DNA of 64,000 nucleotides, taken from NCBI RefSeq assembly GCF_006345805.1, contig NC_043016.1, positions 31,930,001-31,994,000 of the forward strand, written 5' to 3'. A model generated the notes under the pieces. The model searched no databases. It was not told where the DNA came from and worked only from the letters and a program-made list of their open reading frames with translations. The DNA comes from Octopus sinensis. Lineage: Eukaryota. Position numbers and translations under genes: made by a program. This document shows positions 12,231-24,595 of the stretch, piece by piece (position 1 is the first letter of the stretch; each line of letters starts with the position of its first letter).

Positions 12231-12572
12231 CCATCCATCTCAGCACAAATGATGCACAAAATCCGTAGTGTTTATATCTATGCATCTCCACCCAGTCTGT
12301 CCCTGACATGCATTTTCCCTACAACTCATCTTCCAGAACCTCCCACCACCACCACCACCTTAAATCACTCTTCTGTCTTATGGCATTTTTCACCCTGTAG
12401 CTGTAATTACATGAGAACAAAACTGAACATATTTCATATCCCACGTGTTTGCACTTCCACTCAGCTTCCCTGGAGCCACAAACTCTGCTTCTTGCATTCT
12501 TAGTTTAATCCTTTACCATTTTTTTTTATGCTGATGCCCCTTTTGCGCCTAGTCTTTCCTTATTCTTTTCTT

Positions 12573-12970
12573 TTTTATACTTGTCTGTCATTTGACTGGG
12601 GCCATGCTGGAGCACCACTTCAAAAGGTTTTTAGTCAAAGAAATCAACCCCAGGACTTATTCTTTGTAAGCCTGCTACATATTCTATCGGTCTATTATTC
12701 TGAGCCACTAAGTTACAGGCATGTAAACACACCAACATTAGTTGTCAAGCGATGGTTGGGGGACAAACACAAGTGCATGCACACACACACACACACACAT
12801 ATATATACAGCAGGCTTCTTTCAGTTCCTACCTACCAAATACACTCACAGGCTTTTGTCAGCTTGAGGCTGTAGTAGAAGACACTTGTCCAAGGTGCCAC
12901 GCAGTGAGACTGAACCCAGAACAATGTGGTTGGGAACCAGGCTTCTTTACCACACAGCCATGCCTGCGCC
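12573..12970 (-). mobile_element. tRNA-head SINE, family A, near full length with internal (CA)n
   Basis: On the minus strand it begins GGCTGTGTGGTAAAG (A-box-like)...GGGTTCAGTCTC (B-box-like) and aligns over about 400 nt with the other family A copies. Confidence 0.9.
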
Positions 12971-13104
12971 CATACATACACACACTCTTGTTCTGCCAGT
13001 GACAGCCCCCAGTACTCTCATCATATCCCATACTTCTGACCTGGCATTATAGGGGCTATTTCTTGCAAGACACTTGGTGACCTCATCACTGTTTGAGACT
13101 TAAA

Positions 13105-13270
13105 AATGTACCCAGTACACTATGTAAAGCGGTTGGCATTAGGAAGAGCATCCAGCTACAGAAACCCTGCAAAAACCAGACACTAGACCACAGTGCAGCT
13201 TTCTGGTACACTAATCATTTTGGCCAGTTCATTCCATAATAGCATAGAATACAGGCATTAAATGATGCAT
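13105..13270 (+). mobile_element. RTE-LINE 3' tail (family B)
   Basis: GGTTGGCATTAGGAAGAGCATCCAGCTACAGAAACC...AGCATAGAA...TTAAATGATG. Confidence 0.75.
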
Positions 13271-13344
13271 ACATATTAAATGATCATGCATATATGTGTG
13301 TGTATGCATGTATATATATATATATTTTATCATGGGACTTGGCT

Positions 13345-13790
13345 GGATGAAGTTCAGGTAATATGGAGCATTGTTATGTGGGAAAAGGTTCTCATTGAAG
13401 ATGAAAGGAAGGGTCTATAGTTGTGGGAGAGCTGCAATGCTGTATGGGAGTGAGACATGGTGTCTGAAGGAGAGAGAGATGGCAATTATGACAAGGACCA
13501 AGAGAGCGATGGTGAGAGAAATGTGTGGAGTGAAGCTGTTTGACAAGAGGAGGATTTCAGACTTGTTGAGGATGCTGGGGTTAGAGGAATTGGCAGAGTG
13601 GCTGGCAAGGGCATGTGTTGAGGAGAGATGAGGAGCATGTTCTGAGGAGATTGTGAGGGTTGGCTTGAGAAAGGGAGGGCACACAAAACAGGGCGAGATG
13701 GCGGTTGCTATGGTACTGAGGTAGATCCAGCCAGCCCTGTTAATGGAGACAAAACCCGGATTTAAAACACTGGATGACATGACATATATA
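13345..13790 (+). mobile_element. RTE-clade LINE ORF fragment (post-RT C-terminal region)
   Basis: ORF 13371-13631 contains KGRVY...AMLYGSETW...MVREMCGVKLFDKRR, the RTE LYGSETW motif; frameshifted and truncated. Confidence 0.85.
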
Positions 13791-13834
13791 CATACATACA
13801 TACACATATATATATAAAAGATTTACTTGTTCAC

Positions 13835-14150
13835 CTTCAAGGGTTCTTTTAGTTGAACAACTTGACTCCAAGGCTTATTTCTTAACCTTATTACTTATTC
13901 TATCATTCTCTTTTGCTGAACCACTAAGTTATGGGGACATAAACATACCAACACCAGTTGCCAAGTGGTGATGGGTGGGGACAACACAGTCACAAAGATA
14001 CACACAACAGGCTTCTTTCTGTTTCCATCTACCAAATCCACTCACAAGCCTTTGGTCAGTCCGAGGCTGTTATATAAGACACTTGTCCAAGGTGCCACGC
14101 AGTGGGTCTAAACCTTGAACCACATGACAGGGAAGCAAGCTTCTTATATG
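13835..14150 (-). mobile_element. tRNA-head SINE, family A
   Basis: Body and head align with 12573-12970. Confidence 0.85.
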
Positions 14151-16420
14151 CAGTATTGGGGAGGTGTCTTAGTGCCTGGTGTATGCTAGAGAGTGTCTTG
14201 CAGTAGAGGAGATACATGGCTAATTGAACAGAGAGGGAGAAAGTGGAAGTGTAGCGTCAGGGAATAATATCAAGGTACAAGGTCGATAAGGAGAGAATTA
14301 AGGATGGCTTGGTGAGTAGATTTGCAAGAGTGTGAATGGAAAGTGACAAAGAAGAGATGAGGATAAAAATGAATGCAATGAATGGTGAATATGGATTGGA
14401 GGTGCGGACAACAGTGAATCTCAGTGTATGAGAAAACAAAGGAAAATAAGGCTGGTCAGGCGGAAGAGGTGATAGATGGTACATAATAAAAGAGAGTGGG
14501 TAGAGCAATAGTATAATGAAATAAGAGATAGACTGAGAAATAGGGAGATGATGCACAGTGCCAGAGATTGAGGTCTGAGGAATATAAGGATGGACATAAT
14601 GACAACTGCTCTCATCCATACCAATGCACACTGTACATATAATGCTTCTTACACCCAGTTTTTCTCTCAATACACATTTTGGCATACCAGCATGGAAGGT
14701 GGACGATAATGATAAGGATGATGTATATTGATGTGGATCATTCAGCAGAGCATGGTAGCTTATTTCTTTCTAGTTTTTGCATGTCCTCTGCATTCATGGC
14801 CCATGTTTCACTACCACATATTATTACTGCTCATACACAAGCACCATATAACCTGCCTTTCTTTCTGAAAGCGAGAAGCCTTTTATTATCAAGAGTTCAT
14901 AGTTCCCAGAACTTTCTCCATCTGGTCGATATTCTAGCAACTAGATTTTCAGAACATCCTCCTCCACTGCTAATTAGGTCACTTTGGTAGCAGAAACTAT
15001 CTACCTCTGAGGAAACGTCGTGAGCATTTCAAAAATTCTATTTCATGTGTGTTCTTAGGGTTTATTATTGTTCCTGCACATCTACAACAAACTAAGTTAA
15101 CCTTCCTGTGATTCCACTGCAACTCTTGTGTGTCAAAAGTGTACACTTGGTATACTTTATGGAATTTCTATCTCCACTTTTCCAACATGTCAAACAGGGC
15201 CATTTTCCCCAAAGATATTAGTGTATTATCTATTTTCCTGCTTGCTAGAGTTATGATCTTTCCTAAATCAAGTTCAAGGCCCTTTGATGCTAGGTTTTGC
15301 TTCCATACCTGGAGTTTGCTTTTCTAATTCTACTGCAAGTCCAACTTTAAGAACAAGTTTATTAGCATAGAGCAGTTTCTACTAACAGACTGGTCTATTA
15401 TGGCTCGGTGGACTATGATTAGCAGGGGGAGACAGAGCTGAGCCCTGGTGATTTCCTGTCTGCACTCTAAATTTGTCATTGTTAACTTTATTGACAGCTC
15501 CTCCATACATGGCTTGAACAACTCTCCTTGGCCATTCATCCACTCCTACCTTCTGTAACAATCACCTGGGTAGTAGAGGGTGAGGAACCCTGTCAGAGGC
15601 TTTTTGTAGGTTGATGAAAGCTAAATACTTTTTTCCGTTGCCTTACTAGAAAGGACATCAGTAGTTTTTCTCTCTGGTGCAAATCCAAACTGCATGTCAC
15701 TTAATTTTTTGAGCTATAACTCTCTGTAAGTTTCATTCCTTGGGCCTGCAGTCTGATACATCTGTAATTACTTCGCTTTAAGGAATCTCCTTTACCCTTT
15801 GACTATGATACAGCTGCACCAGTTGTTGGGTAAGATCCTTTGTACAGTCTGATTAACAATGTAGGTAACTAGGCTATTTCCTTCTCTGTCCTCCTTTTCT
15901 TATAAAATGTATCAATTAAGACTTCTTTGATTGTTCAAAAGAACTGTAATCTTGCATATCTTTCTTTTCCTGAATAGTGTGTCTGTCCTTCTGATTCTGA
16001 AGTCTCTAACCATTAACCTAAGCTGAGTAGGTCAATCTTCACCAGATAAAGCCTTTGCATTTACAATCTGCTTTCTAATATGAATGAAGTCAGTCTAACT
16101 TGTGAGCTCACCAGATTTATAGGTGATCAGATGACTAGCTGGTTTCCTAAAGTGTTACTGATCATCTGGTTATTTGTATCTCAGAAGAAGTCCATGATAC
16201 TTTGTCCCTCCTCATTTCTAGAGTCAAATACATTGCTTACATGTGTACCACAGAATCACTCTGGATGCTGCCAGTATGACCATAGAAGTTACTGATATTC
16301 TTCATTCAGGTAGTCTGCAAAAGGGTATAATAAAAAGTCCTTTTGCTTGGCAGTCCTGATTGAGAAACATAGGTATAGATTAAAGTGACTTTTGTTTTTT
16401 CCAAAAATACTCTAAACTTA
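14150..16420 (-). mobile_element. Decayed RTE LINE: APE endonuclease C-half, RT, C-terminus and purine/pyrimidine-skewed 3' UTR
   Basis: Minus-strand peptides, broken by stops and frameshifts: RNEEGQSIMDFF and KPASHLITYKSG (APE); MQFGFAP and YLAFINLQKASDRVP (RT); DSFCY..DLISSGGGC, KGRLYGACV..CGSETW and LREKLGVRSI (post-RT). Confidence 0.9.
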
Positions 16421-17624
16421 AGTATACTATCACACACTGTTTACCACTTTAGCCTATCCATTCACTACTAAAAGTGCCACTCGTATACACCTTACTATCT
16501 GTATTGCCTTCTTGAGACTCCACTCCATCTTACCTCTTGCACACAACATGCCTACATGCTACTGTTCTAACATTTCTACAATCACTCATGACCTACATTG
16601 GGGCTGCACTTAATTTGTAGGTAGAATGGGAGAAGTGAGTAAGGAGCTTATGAGACAGTTTTCAGCATCTGAAAAAGCGTAAACTGATATTGCTCAATAT
16701 TGGATATACAAATATTAATATTACCACTCATCAAAACGACCATTTGCTCATATCTCAGAAATTTAGGACCAGGTTGATTTATAATAAAAATGTGTGTGTG
16801 TGTATGTATATATATATATACATGCATCTGTATGTTTATGTGGGTAGGTTTTGTTTGTGTGTATATTTATGTAAGTAGGTTTGTGCATGTGTACATATAT
16901 ATATAGACCAAAATCACCCCAAAGAGGTGTTTACATCAACAATAGTTATGTAGTTATGAGTAAAAAATCCAGTTTCAAACTGCCTTTTATTTGAGGAACA
17001 TTTGAAAGAGAAATTTTCTATTAAGAAGTTCTGTTTGAAACTTTGGATTTTCCTATCCTTATGCTAATTTCACTGAACTTTTGGGTTTTAATTTATACAT
17101 ACATATGCATATGTATTTGTGTGTTTGTATATGTACATGTGTGTATATATATATATGTTTGTGTGTGTGTGCATGTCTGTGTCTGAGGATGTCCACCACT
17201 GCTTGACAACTGGTTGTTGTGTTTACATCCCTGTAACTTAGCAGTTTAGAATAAGTACCAGGCTTTAAAAAAAAATAGTATCGGGCTTGATTTATTCAAC
17301 TAAAAGTTCTTGAAATGGTGCCCCAGCATGTCCGTAGTTCAATGAATGAAACAAGTAAAAGATACAGATATATATGAAAAAAATTGTATGAGCTTGTTAT
17401 GGGGAGTTGAAATCCAATGTTTTGGATAGTCTTCTTTAAGGAAAGTTGAAGGAAAGAAATTGAGTGACAGCAGTGTTACATTGGCTAAGTTAAAAAAAAA
17501 AAAAACACTGGTTGCAACTGGTAAGGAGTGCAGGACTACATGAGTTTCATAAGTGAACAAAAAGTTGTAGGAGAAACAGTGCCTTAGTCACACTTAAGCG
17601 TGAGAAATGCTTTGTCACACAGAT

Positions 17625-17700
17625 CATCATCATCGTTTAACGTCCGTTTTCCGCGCTAACACGGGTTGGACGGTTCGACCGGGGTCTGGGAAGCAAAACT
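17625..17700 (-). mobile_element. RTE-LINE 3' tail (family B), young and CpG-rich
   Basis: CATCATCATCGTTTAACGTCCGTTTTCCGCGCTAACACGGGTTGGACGGTTCGACC. Confidence 0.75.
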
Positions 17701-18370
17701 TTGGGGTGTCCTTTACATTGGGGAAACAGGTCGACACATTGCTGATCTCTTTCAGGAGCCTATCTGAAGCATACTCCTATTATAACTGCGTATTCAGGCC
17801 AACCTGTTGCTTCCCGATTCAGTACTATGGGCCATTCCATCACTCACTTATCTATACATTACATTGCCATGTGCCATGATTTCTAATTCTCAACAGAATG
17901 GAGAGAACATTATTTTATATTCGAATTTGGTTCCATGTCCCCAACAGGTTTAAATTAACATTTTTTTTCTTATATTCCTTAATCCCTCTCTTACACTTCA
18001 ACTTTGTTCTCGCCTTATCTTTTCCCTTCACTTCAGTCTCAACTTTGCCTCCTGCTTCTCCTTATGCCATTTATTTTTCCTCTACTTTCTCACAGTTTCT
18101 CTTTTCACGTCTTGCTCTTTCCAGTTGCAGCCATGTTTTTTTTTTCTCTTAAAGTATGTAAAACTCTGTTCTTACTCATTAGTTTCCCTGAAGAAACATT
18201 GGATTTTCCACTCTTCACAACAATTCATTATACTATTTTTATTGTTTTTACTATATAATAAGTCTTGCCAATGCAGACCAATACCAGCCTATTTGGAGTC
18301 TGATAATATATATATTTGAATTTGTGTTTGTGTGCATGTATGTTTGTATATATATGTGTATATGTATATA

Positions 18371-18538
18371 CCATATTTTAATGTGTATAAGGAGCCCTTT
18401 TTTTGTCAAAAATTAGGTTAAAAAAAATATGGGAGTTTCTTATGCATGGATTGAATCATAATCCCTTACAAAACCTTTTTCCAAATTTTAAGCCCCCACC
18501 CCCAAATTAGGGGCTTCCTTATACACATCAAAATATAG
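18371..18538. mobile_element. Tc1/mariner (pogo/Tigger-like) MITE
   Basis: TIRs CCATATTTTAATGTGTATAAGGAGCCC and GGGCTTCCTTATACACATCAAAATATAG (2 mismatches, 1 indel); TA on the left flank, TG on the right. Confidence 0.7.
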
Positions 18539-19454
18539 TGCATTCATATATGTATATATGGTTGGTTGGTCCCAGGGCATACAGTAGAAACACCGAAGTG
18601 AAGGATCCTTCAAGGAGAGGGACACACTAATGTAAAACTTGTGGTTTCACATGATAACTGGCTATCTTGTCTCAGCCTATCATTTGGTATTAGTCATTCA
18701 CTCAGAGAATGGTACTCGTGTTGTATACATATTTATCAGTATAATCCAGTGATGTACAGATACCTTGTTACACTGACCTCATAATACCATCACCTGAAAG
18801 TCCTGTGGTGATATGTGCAGACTTTGCCAGTTGAAAATGCACAGTATGTTACAGCTTTCATCTGTCACCTAAGCTTCTAGTCATGCACGTCTGCAGGAGG
18901 ACTGAATAGTCATCTGAGAGGTCATGGATGGAAAGTCAGAAATGTTGACAATGAGGAAGCACGAGGAGATGGCAAACATCTGTGAAGATAGAGTAATCAC
19001 TACTCATGCATATGTGTGTATAACTATGGATGTGTGTGTATGAATGTATGTACATATATATATGACTGTACATATGTGTGTGTGTAATATACAGATATTT
19101 AGTGTTTCTTGTGTACAAATAGATGACTGCTACTGATTAGAGCTCCACTTTAGTCTTCTCTGACGATCCATTTTGGTTCAGCATACGTGTGTATATACAT
19201 ATAAGTGTATTTATATATGTATACATGTACATTTGTGTGTGTGTATGTATATATCCTTTTATTCTTTTATGTTTCAGCCTCGAGGCTGTGGCCATGCTGG
19301 GGCACTATACACACACACACACACACACACACATCTGTGTGTATATTTATATATAGATGTGTTTGTGTTTATGTGTGCATGTATATACATATGTGTATAT
19401 ATGTGTGCATATATATATATACATATATTTAAATAAGTGTGTGTGTATACACAC

Positions 19455-19870
19455 ATCATCATCATCATCATCATTTTAATGTCATGTTCGTTTCTGACAC
19501 ATGGGTTGGATGGTTTGACAGGATCCAGTAGGTTTAAGGACTGCATTGTGTTCCATTTTCTACTTTGGCATGGTTTCTATAGCTTGGTGCCCTTCCTGAC
19601 AGCAACCATTTTACAATGTATGCTAGCTGCTCTTTTCTTCCTATCAGCAAGATTGCTGTGCAGCTAGCTTGCAAGCCTACAAGCTCTGAGGTAATCGGGT
19701 ATGGCATTACTCTAATGGACAAGAAGTAAAGGACAGGAGTGGGGTAGAATAGTTTCTTGTACAAGAACTACCAGGTTTACTTGCATTTCTTTGGGAAGGG
19801 GAAGAATGATCGCAAGGAACTGTGAAGAGATGTGTGGGAATAGAAGTGGTTGAGTGCTGGGGTTGCAAGA
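19455..19870 (-). mobile_element. RTE-LINE 3' tail plus 3' UTR (family B)
   Basis: (CAT)n, then ATGGGTTGGATGGTTTGAC...GCCCTTCCT, continuing into a purine-rich (+ strand) UTR. Confidence 0.75.
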
Positions 19871-20010
19871 TTGTATATATGTATACATATACATATGTAT
19901 GTATGGTATATTTGTGTATGTATACATGCGTACATATATATATGCATACACACACACATATATATGTATATATATATATGCATACATATATATATGTATA
20001 TATATATATA

Positions 20011-20236
20011 TTTCTTTACTACCCACAAGGGGCTAAACATAAGAGGGACAAACAAGGACAGACAAAGGGATTAAGTCGATTACATCGACCCTAGTGCGAA
20101 ATTGGTACTTTATTTATTGATCCCGAAAGGATGAAAAGCAAAGTCGACCTCAGTGGAATTTGAACTCAGAATGTAACGACTGACGAAATACCGCTAAGCA
20201 TTTTGCCTGGCATGCTAACATTTCTGCCGGCTGGCC
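20011..20236 (-). mobile_element. tRNA-head SINE, family C (Meta-domain-like GCTTTTCATCCTTTCGGGATC core)
   Basis: Aligns end to end with 60977-61202; B-box GAGTTCAAATTCC intact; inserted in (TA)n. Confidence 0.9.
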
Positions 20237-20286
20237 GATGCATACATATATACATGCATGTATATATATATGCATACATATATACA

Positions 20287-20335
<49 letters not shown>

Positions 20336-20389
20336 GTTTATTCATATGCGTCTATGTATATCTATGTATTCACATGCATTATTATCATG

Positions 20390-20590
20390 TAACAGATGTT
20401 TTCCTTGCTGTCATGGCTTGGATAGTTTGAAAGAATCTTGGGAGCCATTTGGCTGCGCTGTTCTCCAGCATCAGCTTTGGTGTGGTTCCTGTGGCCAGAT
20501 TCCCTTTTTCATTGTCAACAACTTTACATTGCATACTGGGTGCTTTTTTCATGCCACCTCCACTTGTGAGGTGCCAAGCAACTTGCAACA
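20390..20590 (-). mobile_element. RTE-LINE 3' tail (family B), diverged
   Basis: Matches family B including TGGGTGCTTTTTTCATGCCACC. Confidence 0.65.
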
Positions 20591-20944
20591 CAGAAAAAGA
20601 ACAGGGTGGTGAGGGTGAGGAAAAGGCTCCTACTCCTAAGTGGTGGATAGTACTTGAGAGCAAGTTGGTGTTATGACAGAGAGACTGTCATAGGTGTCAT
20701 GACTTTGTGCTGGAAAGCATAAGGCCTTTTATCTGATGTTCCTTTATAGTCTAGCTATGTAATTTCCCTTGGTAGTGGTTAAGTTTTTGGGTTTTTACAT
20801 CAGTTGTCTGGATCTCCTCTAGTGTCGAGTCAAATAGTCCAGGTGTTTGTATGAGTTCTAGCACAGCAGGTGTATTGTAAGCTGATTTACTCATTTACAA
20901 AGAACTTTGAGGACTATATTTTTTAATCAGGTGTTAAATTCCTT

Positions 20945-21280
20945 GGCACGTGGTTCAGTGGTTATAGCATCAGGATTTCAATCATGAGGTAGTGAGTTCA
21001 ATTCCCAGCCTGGGCTGTGTTGTGTTCTTGAGCAAGACACTTTATTTCACATTGCTCCAGTTACTCAGCTGTAGAAAGGAGTTGTGACGTCATTGGTACC
21101 AAACTGTATCAGCCTTTGCTTTCCCCATTGGTGGTATGGAGAGGGGAGGCTGGTATGTATGGACAGCTGCTGGTCTTCCTCAAACAACCTTCCCCAAACT
21201 TGTACCTCAGAAGTGAGCCTTTTTGGTCTAATCCCATGGTCATTCATGACCAAAAAGGGCCTTTACTCTTTACATTCCCT
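20945..21280 (+). mobile_element. tRNA-head SINE, family D
   Basis: TGGTTCAGTGG (A box)...GAGTTCAATTCC (B box), then GAGCAAGACACTTTATTTCACATTGCTCCAG; aligns with 33510-33880 in reverse. Confidence 0.85.
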
Positions 21281-21289
21281 GGTCACATG

Positions 21290-21550
21290 TTCCTTGTTAC
21301 GTGCCAGTGGCACATAAAAGGCATCATTCGAATGTGGTTGATGCCAGTGCCACCTGACTGGCCCCCATGCCAGTGGCATATAAAAAGCACCCACTACACT
21401 TTCAGAGTGGTTGGCGTTAGGAGGGGCATCCAGCTGTAGAAACCTTGCCAGATCAGATTGGAGCCTGGTGCAGCCTTCTGGCTTGCCAGTCCTCAGTCAA
21501 ACTATCTAATCCATGCTAGCATGGAAAGCGGACGTTAAATGATCATGATT
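21290..21550 (+). mobile_element. RTE-LINE 3' tail (family B), long
   Basis: Repeated TGCCAGTGGCA modules, GTGGTTGGCGTTAGGAGGGGCATCCAGCTGTAGAAACC, ending GGACGTTAAATGATCATGA. Confidence 0.85.
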
Positions 21551-22411
21551 TTTCTAGGCACCTAAAGCATATTTTTGTTAGGTAGTGGAAAATAGTCATA
21601 CTATTGATAAAGAGTTTCCTAGACTAACTTAGTGTTTATTTTCTCATTTTTTTTACAATCAAGTCAAGGCTGTTGTTCATACCATTCATATTTTCGGCAT
21701 ATACATTCAGATCCTCCTCACAAAAGCTGTGTGCCAGACAGGTGTCCTTGTTTTCCTATGAGCTAATTATGTACCCTTCAAATTTCTTGAGTGAAAAGAA
21801 TAAGGGGTTCACAGCAAGAATTAAAGGCGTTACAGAGAGACTGTCACCCTTGCAATACTTTATTCTATTAGTAACAATGTAATTTCTGTATTTAACTTTA
21901 AAAAGCGGGGCCCAAGACAAAACTAGATTGTCTCTGTCCCTGATTATGATTTTTAGAACTTTAGCAAATCAAAGGTCCTATCAACAATTTGGGAACTGAA
22001 GAAAATAGGTACTTGTAATTTGCCCCAGAATGCAATCAAACTTTTCTTGTACTGTCATGCATATAAAAGTATAGTTCTTTCGATTAGAAGTTATTCAGTG
22101 CCTCTTTAAACTCTCCAGTTGGTTTTTCTGGCTAAGAGGTGGAACACTTGTAACCCTGAAATACATGCTAAAGACACAGATGAGTACAGGTTCCCAGCAA
22201 TGTGGTTGCTTTCATCACCATCAAGAGAAAGTGTATACAACATCTTTTAAGAAGTTCTTGCAGTTAGTTTTTGCTTAAGCAATTACTATCTGATGTTTTA
22301 TTTCACACATCACACTGATCCAGGGGAATTAGTCTCAGAGAGGTTGAATACATTTTACATATTGAACTATGGCATGTAATTGGTTGGAAGTGCTCTGTCA
22401 TTTTTTAAATT

Positions 22412-22765
22412 CTTTTACACATTTCAGTCATTTGACTGTGCCTTAAAGGGTTTTAGTTGAAGAAATTGACCCCAGGACTTATTCTTTGTAAGCCTACTAC
22501 TTATTCTATTAGTGTCTTTTGCCAAACCGCTATGTTACAGGGACATAAGCACATCAACATCAGTTGTCAAGTGATGGTGGTGTGACAAACACAGACACAC
22601 ACATATACGATGGGCTTCTTTCAGCTTCTGTGTACCAAATCCACTCACAAGGCTTTGTTCGGCCTGAGGCTATAGTAGAAGATACCTAAGGTACCATGAG
22701 GTGGGACTGAACCTAGAACTATGTGGTTAGGCAGCAAGCTTCTTACCACACAGCCGCGCCTGCAC
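22412..22765 (-). mobile_element. tRNA-head SINE, family A
   Basis: Full-length alignment with the other family A copies. Confidence 0.9.
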
Positions 22766-23173
22766 CTATGAATTTTTTTTTTCAAGTGATAGACTTGTTT
22801 TTGCCAGTGCCAACCAACCAGCTTGGTACACTTATATTCCATTGAGAGCTTGGTGGTAAAGGTCACTGGTACACTAGGATACTCCAGATGCACTTGTTTT
22901 ATCTTCTTAACATGTAGCCTGCAATCAAGACTGTCTTGGGTGCTTCTATATTCTGAACATTTTTCTGTCAAAGCTCAGTGTTATTACTATTATCCTGTAT
23001 GCTTTTTGTGTAATGTAGGAACAGTTTCTTTCAGGATTATTCTATCCAGCTTCCCAGTTAAGCTTTCTTTCCCTCACTGCAGATTTGCTTCCAGAATTAA
23101 TCAGTATCTTGCTAAGAAGGAAACTTTGTGATTTTCCCTTCAGATATCTTGCTAATTATTTTCCCTTCTAGAT

Positions 23174-23439
23174 CAGTTCTCAACCACTTTTTACTTATGG
23201 GCCCCTTTGATTACTATAGCCATTCAATGTTTAAAGACTAGCTTTATTGAAACTTCTTTCAAAATTCCTATTTAACTTGTGTAGGTTGAACTATGTAAAA
23301 TGTTAAAGAAACCCAGCTGTTTCTTGCAATAAATACCAATACATACATCTAAAGCAAAATCTTTTCATTGGCCCTTAAAATACTATTGTGGATCTTCAAT
23401 TTACTATTTTGTTGCATGGACCCCAGTTAAGAACCACTG
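23174..23439. mobile_element. hAT-type MITE (family H1)
   Basis: Ends CAGTTCTCAACC and GGACCCCAGTTAAGAACCACTG; degenerate 8-bp flanks TTCTAGAT and CATTAGAT. Confidence 0.7.
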
Positions 23440-23514
23440 CATTAGATTTTTTCTGACGCTAGAGTTTCTCACCAATAGCTTTTCGGTGTTTGTTTTAAGG
23501 TGATTGATTTATAC

Positions 23515-23814
23515 CAGACGTGGCTAACTCTCATTACATTGCGGGCCAATTTAATCACAAAGTTTTTTGAGGCTGCTTGTATATTGACAGAATTGAAAGC
23601 ATTTTGCTTTCTCATGCTATCATTACAATAATGAATGATTCAACATTAAATTATTATCATTGAAAAAACAGTAGTATCTTTCCTTTTTACTTTTCATTAC
23701 AATCTTTAATTTTTGATAAAATTCTAAACATGTTTGTTTAAATAAACCCATTTAAAAAAAGTATCAAGTGAGCCACAAGATAAAAGTCTGCAGGCCACAG
23801 GTTGGCCAACCCTG
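23515..23814 (-). mobile_element. hAT-type MITE (family H2) with perfect 8-bp TSD ATTTATAC
   Basis: TIRs CAGACGTGGCTAACT and GGTTGGCCAACCCTG; ATTTATAC at 23507-23514 and 23815-23822; the body is the reverse complement of 63524-63930. Confidence 0.92.
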
Positions 23815-24187
23815 ATTTATACTCAAGTGTCTTCTTACTCTCTCCTAACATTTATTCTATTTATTTTTCAACTTTTGACAGTGAGACGTAGTTATTTGTA
23901 TATGTTTGCATGTAATGTCTTATCACATAACTGATAGGCTTCCGTAAATCAATTATTGTTTCTTCCATTTTATAAACCTACAATGGCTTTTCTAAAATTT
24001 TGCTTTTTAGTTTTCAATTTGTGTCTTCAAGATATTGTTTAGCAGTGGTAAGGATCATCTATAAATGAAGAGACATAAGTGTTTCTTGTTTATATCATTA
24101 ATCACTGTTGGCATCAACTCAGTAGGTCTCACTCATTAAATTATTGTTTTCTGTTTACATTTCATTAAGAATAAATTTCAATTACTC

Positions 24188-24384
24188 TTTTACATGTTTT
24201 GGTCATTTGACCGCAGCTATGCTGGAGCACTGCTTTTAGTCAAAGAAATCAACCCCAGGACTTACTTTTTATAAGCCTAGTACTTATTCTATTAGTCTCT
24301 TTTGCCAAACTAAGTTTCAGGGACATAACCACACTAACATTGGTTGTCAAGTGGTGGTGTTGGTGGAGTTGACAAAGGCACACA

Positions 24385-24445
<61 letters not shown>

Positions 24446-24595
24446 GGGCTTCTTTCAGTTTCCGTCTACCAAATCCACTCACAAGGCTTTGGTTGGCACG
24501 AGGCTATAGTAGAAAACACTTGCTCAAGGTGCCACACAATGGGACTAAACCTGGAACCATGTGGGTGGGAAGCATGCTTCTTACCACACAGCCAT
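24188..24595 (-). mobile_element. tRNA-head SINE, family A with expanded (CA)n
   Basis: Full-length alignment with the other family A copies. Confidence 0.9.

Noticed and set aside
12900-12970. tRNA genes at the A-box/B-box motifs
   Set aside because: These are SINE heads: no complete cloverleaf, and each is joined to a repeat body.
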